Source of the DNA: the human T2T-CHM13v2.0 reference genome, Homo sapiens
Direction: 5' to 3' (one strand)
Assembly: GCF_009914755.1 (NCBI RefSeq)
Contig: NC_060946.1
Length of the DNA stretch: 64,000 nucleotides
Part shown: positions 49,232-64,000 of the stretch, in pieces
How the letters are laid out: every line of letters begins with the position of its first letter
Numbering within the stretch: position 1 is the stretch's first letter
Program-made: the position numbers and the translations under genes
Notes under the pieces: model-generated
What the model saw: only the letters and a program-made list of their open reading frames with translations
Told to the model about the DNA's origin: nothing
Databases searched by the model: none

Positions 49232-49400
49232 CTCAGGAGCCCATGGCGGTGGCGGCGTCTGCGGACGATGCGCGGCAGCCGGACTCTGCGGGCGGGGCGG
49301 GCGGCGCCGCAGCCCCGGAGTCTCCGCCGCCGCCGGCGCGTCCCGGGCCCAGTGGAATGCAGCCGCGGCGCGCATGCGCTCTGGGCTCGCCGCCGGGGAG
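49232..49400 (-). other. TMEM184B: Non-coding exon 1 of TMEM184B (5' end uncertain)
   Basis: Donor CTGAG|gtatcc at 49232 inside the only large CpG island upstream of exon 2. Confidence 0.75.
49369..49380. promoter_or_regulatory. NRF1-type palindromic site
   Basis: CGCGCATGCGCT contains the NRF1 core GCGCATGCGC, within the promoter. Confidence 0.7.
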
Positions 49401-49452
49401 GGCGGGGCGGCGGACGCGGCTGAGATCACTGCCTGGGCCTTAAAGGGGCCGC

Positions 49453-49498
49453 GCCCCGAACCCCAGCCCGCCGCCCCGAACCCCAGCCCGCCGCCCCG
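49453..49498. repeat. 20-bp tandem repeat (GCCCCGAACCCCAGCCCGCC x2.3) in proximal promoter
   Basis: Exact duplication read directly. Confidence 0.9.
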
Positions 49499-50338
49499 CG
49501 GGTTGGGGCGCGACCCGGGTTCTCTTGCCACTCACAAAACCAGCTACGACCGGCCCCCAACCGCGAGAGCTTTCTGGGCTGCGATCTCTGCCCCTGACCC
49601 TCGCTGGTGCTTCACTTCTTTTAACCCTAATTTCCTCCATTTGAGCCTGTTTTGAAGATGAAACGAAATACAATGGCTATTTGTTGAGTGAAGGATGCGT
49701 GTGGAATTGTGGAATGAACGTGGACCGAGTGTTGTGTGCAATTAGGCCAGATGAAATGGCAAAGCACTGAAAGAGGCCTTTTTTTCCCACTCCGCTTAGC
49801 AGCGATTCTTTCTTGCCCCGTCTGGCTCTAGGCTGCCGAACTAGCAAAAGTCTTCAGATAGGGTTCAAGCCGCCTAGTCCATTTCTGTTTGCCGGTCCAG
49901 ACATCACCTAGGTTAACTGAACAAGATAAAATGCAATTAAGTTCTGGCATTGATGTGCTCAAGATCCCCAAATGTATTTATGTCTCCAGACTCCTCGCCT
50001 GAACTGTCTACCCAACACCTCTTCCTTGGAGCTCCAGCAGGCATCTCAAAGTCAGCGTGTCTGAGCTGAGCCAACCCCACTTCCACACACAAAAACCTGC
50101 TCCCTCTCAGCTTTGCCTCCATCAGCTGTTGACAATTCCATCCTTCCAGTCCCCAGGCCAGAACTCGGAGTCAGCTGTGAATGAATGCCCCCCTTCTGCC
50201 CGCTACCCAATAAGGCAGGCAGGAGATCCAGTTGGCTCTACCTGCAAAATAGATCTAGACTCAGATGTCTGCCACTCCTCCTCCAGTGCTACCACCCTGG
50301 TCCAGTATTTGCACAGGATTATTGCAGAGTTCTGCTAA

Positions 50339-63288
<12,950 letters not shown>

Positions 63289-64000
63289 AACAGATCTTGT
63301 TCTGAAGCAGTTCAGTCATCCTGGCCTCCCGGACACCTCGTGCCTGGGTCGTGACCTCAGCTCCCTAAGCCTTCTTCCTGCCTCCTTTCTCTGTTCTCCA
63401 ATCTCCCTGCCCACTGTTGCCAGATTCACATTCCCCAAGTTAACTTCCATCGTGCCCCTCCCCCAGCAGCAGCTCCCCAAGGTCCAGGAGGTGCTGCCTG
63501 ATGGAAGTCAGGCGAGTGGGCCCGGAAGGGGTCAGGCTAAGGGGGCATAACAGCCTCTGTGCAGACAATTCTCCCCATGTTACAGATTAGGAAATCAGGG
63601 CTCAAGAAGGCCGAGCTGCTTGCAGCTAGGGAGTGGGAGAGCTTTCTGGATGCAAGCCTGCTTCTGCAGGATCGGACTTCTCCAGCCTCAGCCACTGTGA
63701 CTTGTCTCCCTCCCACTCCGTTTGGACCTCCCTGAGTATCTCATGCTAGTTCTTACCTCTGGGCCTTTGCACATGCTGTTGCCTCTGCTGAGAATGACTT
63801 TCCCTAGCAAAATCCCACTCACATCTCAAGGCTCAGGCCGAGTACCTTTGAAACACCTTCCTTGATGATACCAGACACATTCCCACCCTCCTTTGTCCTG
63901 AGTTCACACTAGGCCTCTCACACTGGATTCTGGATTGGGGTGAACCACTTGCTACTCTGAGTCCTTCCCCTGACTAGGCCATGAGTCCCTGGAAGGAAGA

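Larger units (their letters stand above)
48690..49570. promoter_or_regulatory. CpG island promoter of TMEM184B
   Basis: Very GC- and CpG-rich; GC boxes GGGCGGGGC at 49290 and 49400; TATA-like CCTTTAAGG (minus strand) at 49438-49446. Confidence 0.9.

Noticed and set aside
48503-49655. 306-aa and 358-aa plus-strand ORFs
   Set aside because: Stop-poor CpG island; low-complexity Pro/Arg/Ala/Gly content with no recognisable domain

Overview
Primate (almost certainly human) genomic DNA. The minus strand carries most of TMEM184B, a multi-pass membrane protein of the OSTalpha/TMEM184 family. A non-coding exon 1 lies in a CpG island (donor at 49232). Seven coding exons have canonical GT-AG boundaries and consistent phases (24314-24123, 22453-22288, 7684-7594, 7094-7019, 3220-3129, 1943-1774, 1329-1135; 982 nt of CDS), and the last exon lies left of the window. 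About 14.5 kb of Alu-dense upstream DNA follows the promoter. Introns hold many Alu, L1, MLT1 and DNA-transposon relics, a 7SL retropseudogene and two minisatellites (12x57 bp, 8x61 bp). No prokaryotic-type system is present. The most interesting observations are: (1) a snaR-related (ASR/CAS-type) Pol III retrocopy; (2) a 3-codon uORF in a perfect Kozak context plus a spliced 160-codon overlapping alternative ORF; (3) a candidate 22-nt poison micro-exon or +51-aa alternative donor after exon 3, next to a VNTR of repeated splice-donor decoys; (4) a 57-bp VNTR whose junctions form hairpins and whose units carry RUNX/ETS/nuclear-receptor motifs; (5) a near-perfect inverted-Alu palindrome with shared private mutations; (6) a non-Alu 107-bp inverted duplication. 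Repeat subfamily calls and many repeat boundaries were made by eye and are approximate.
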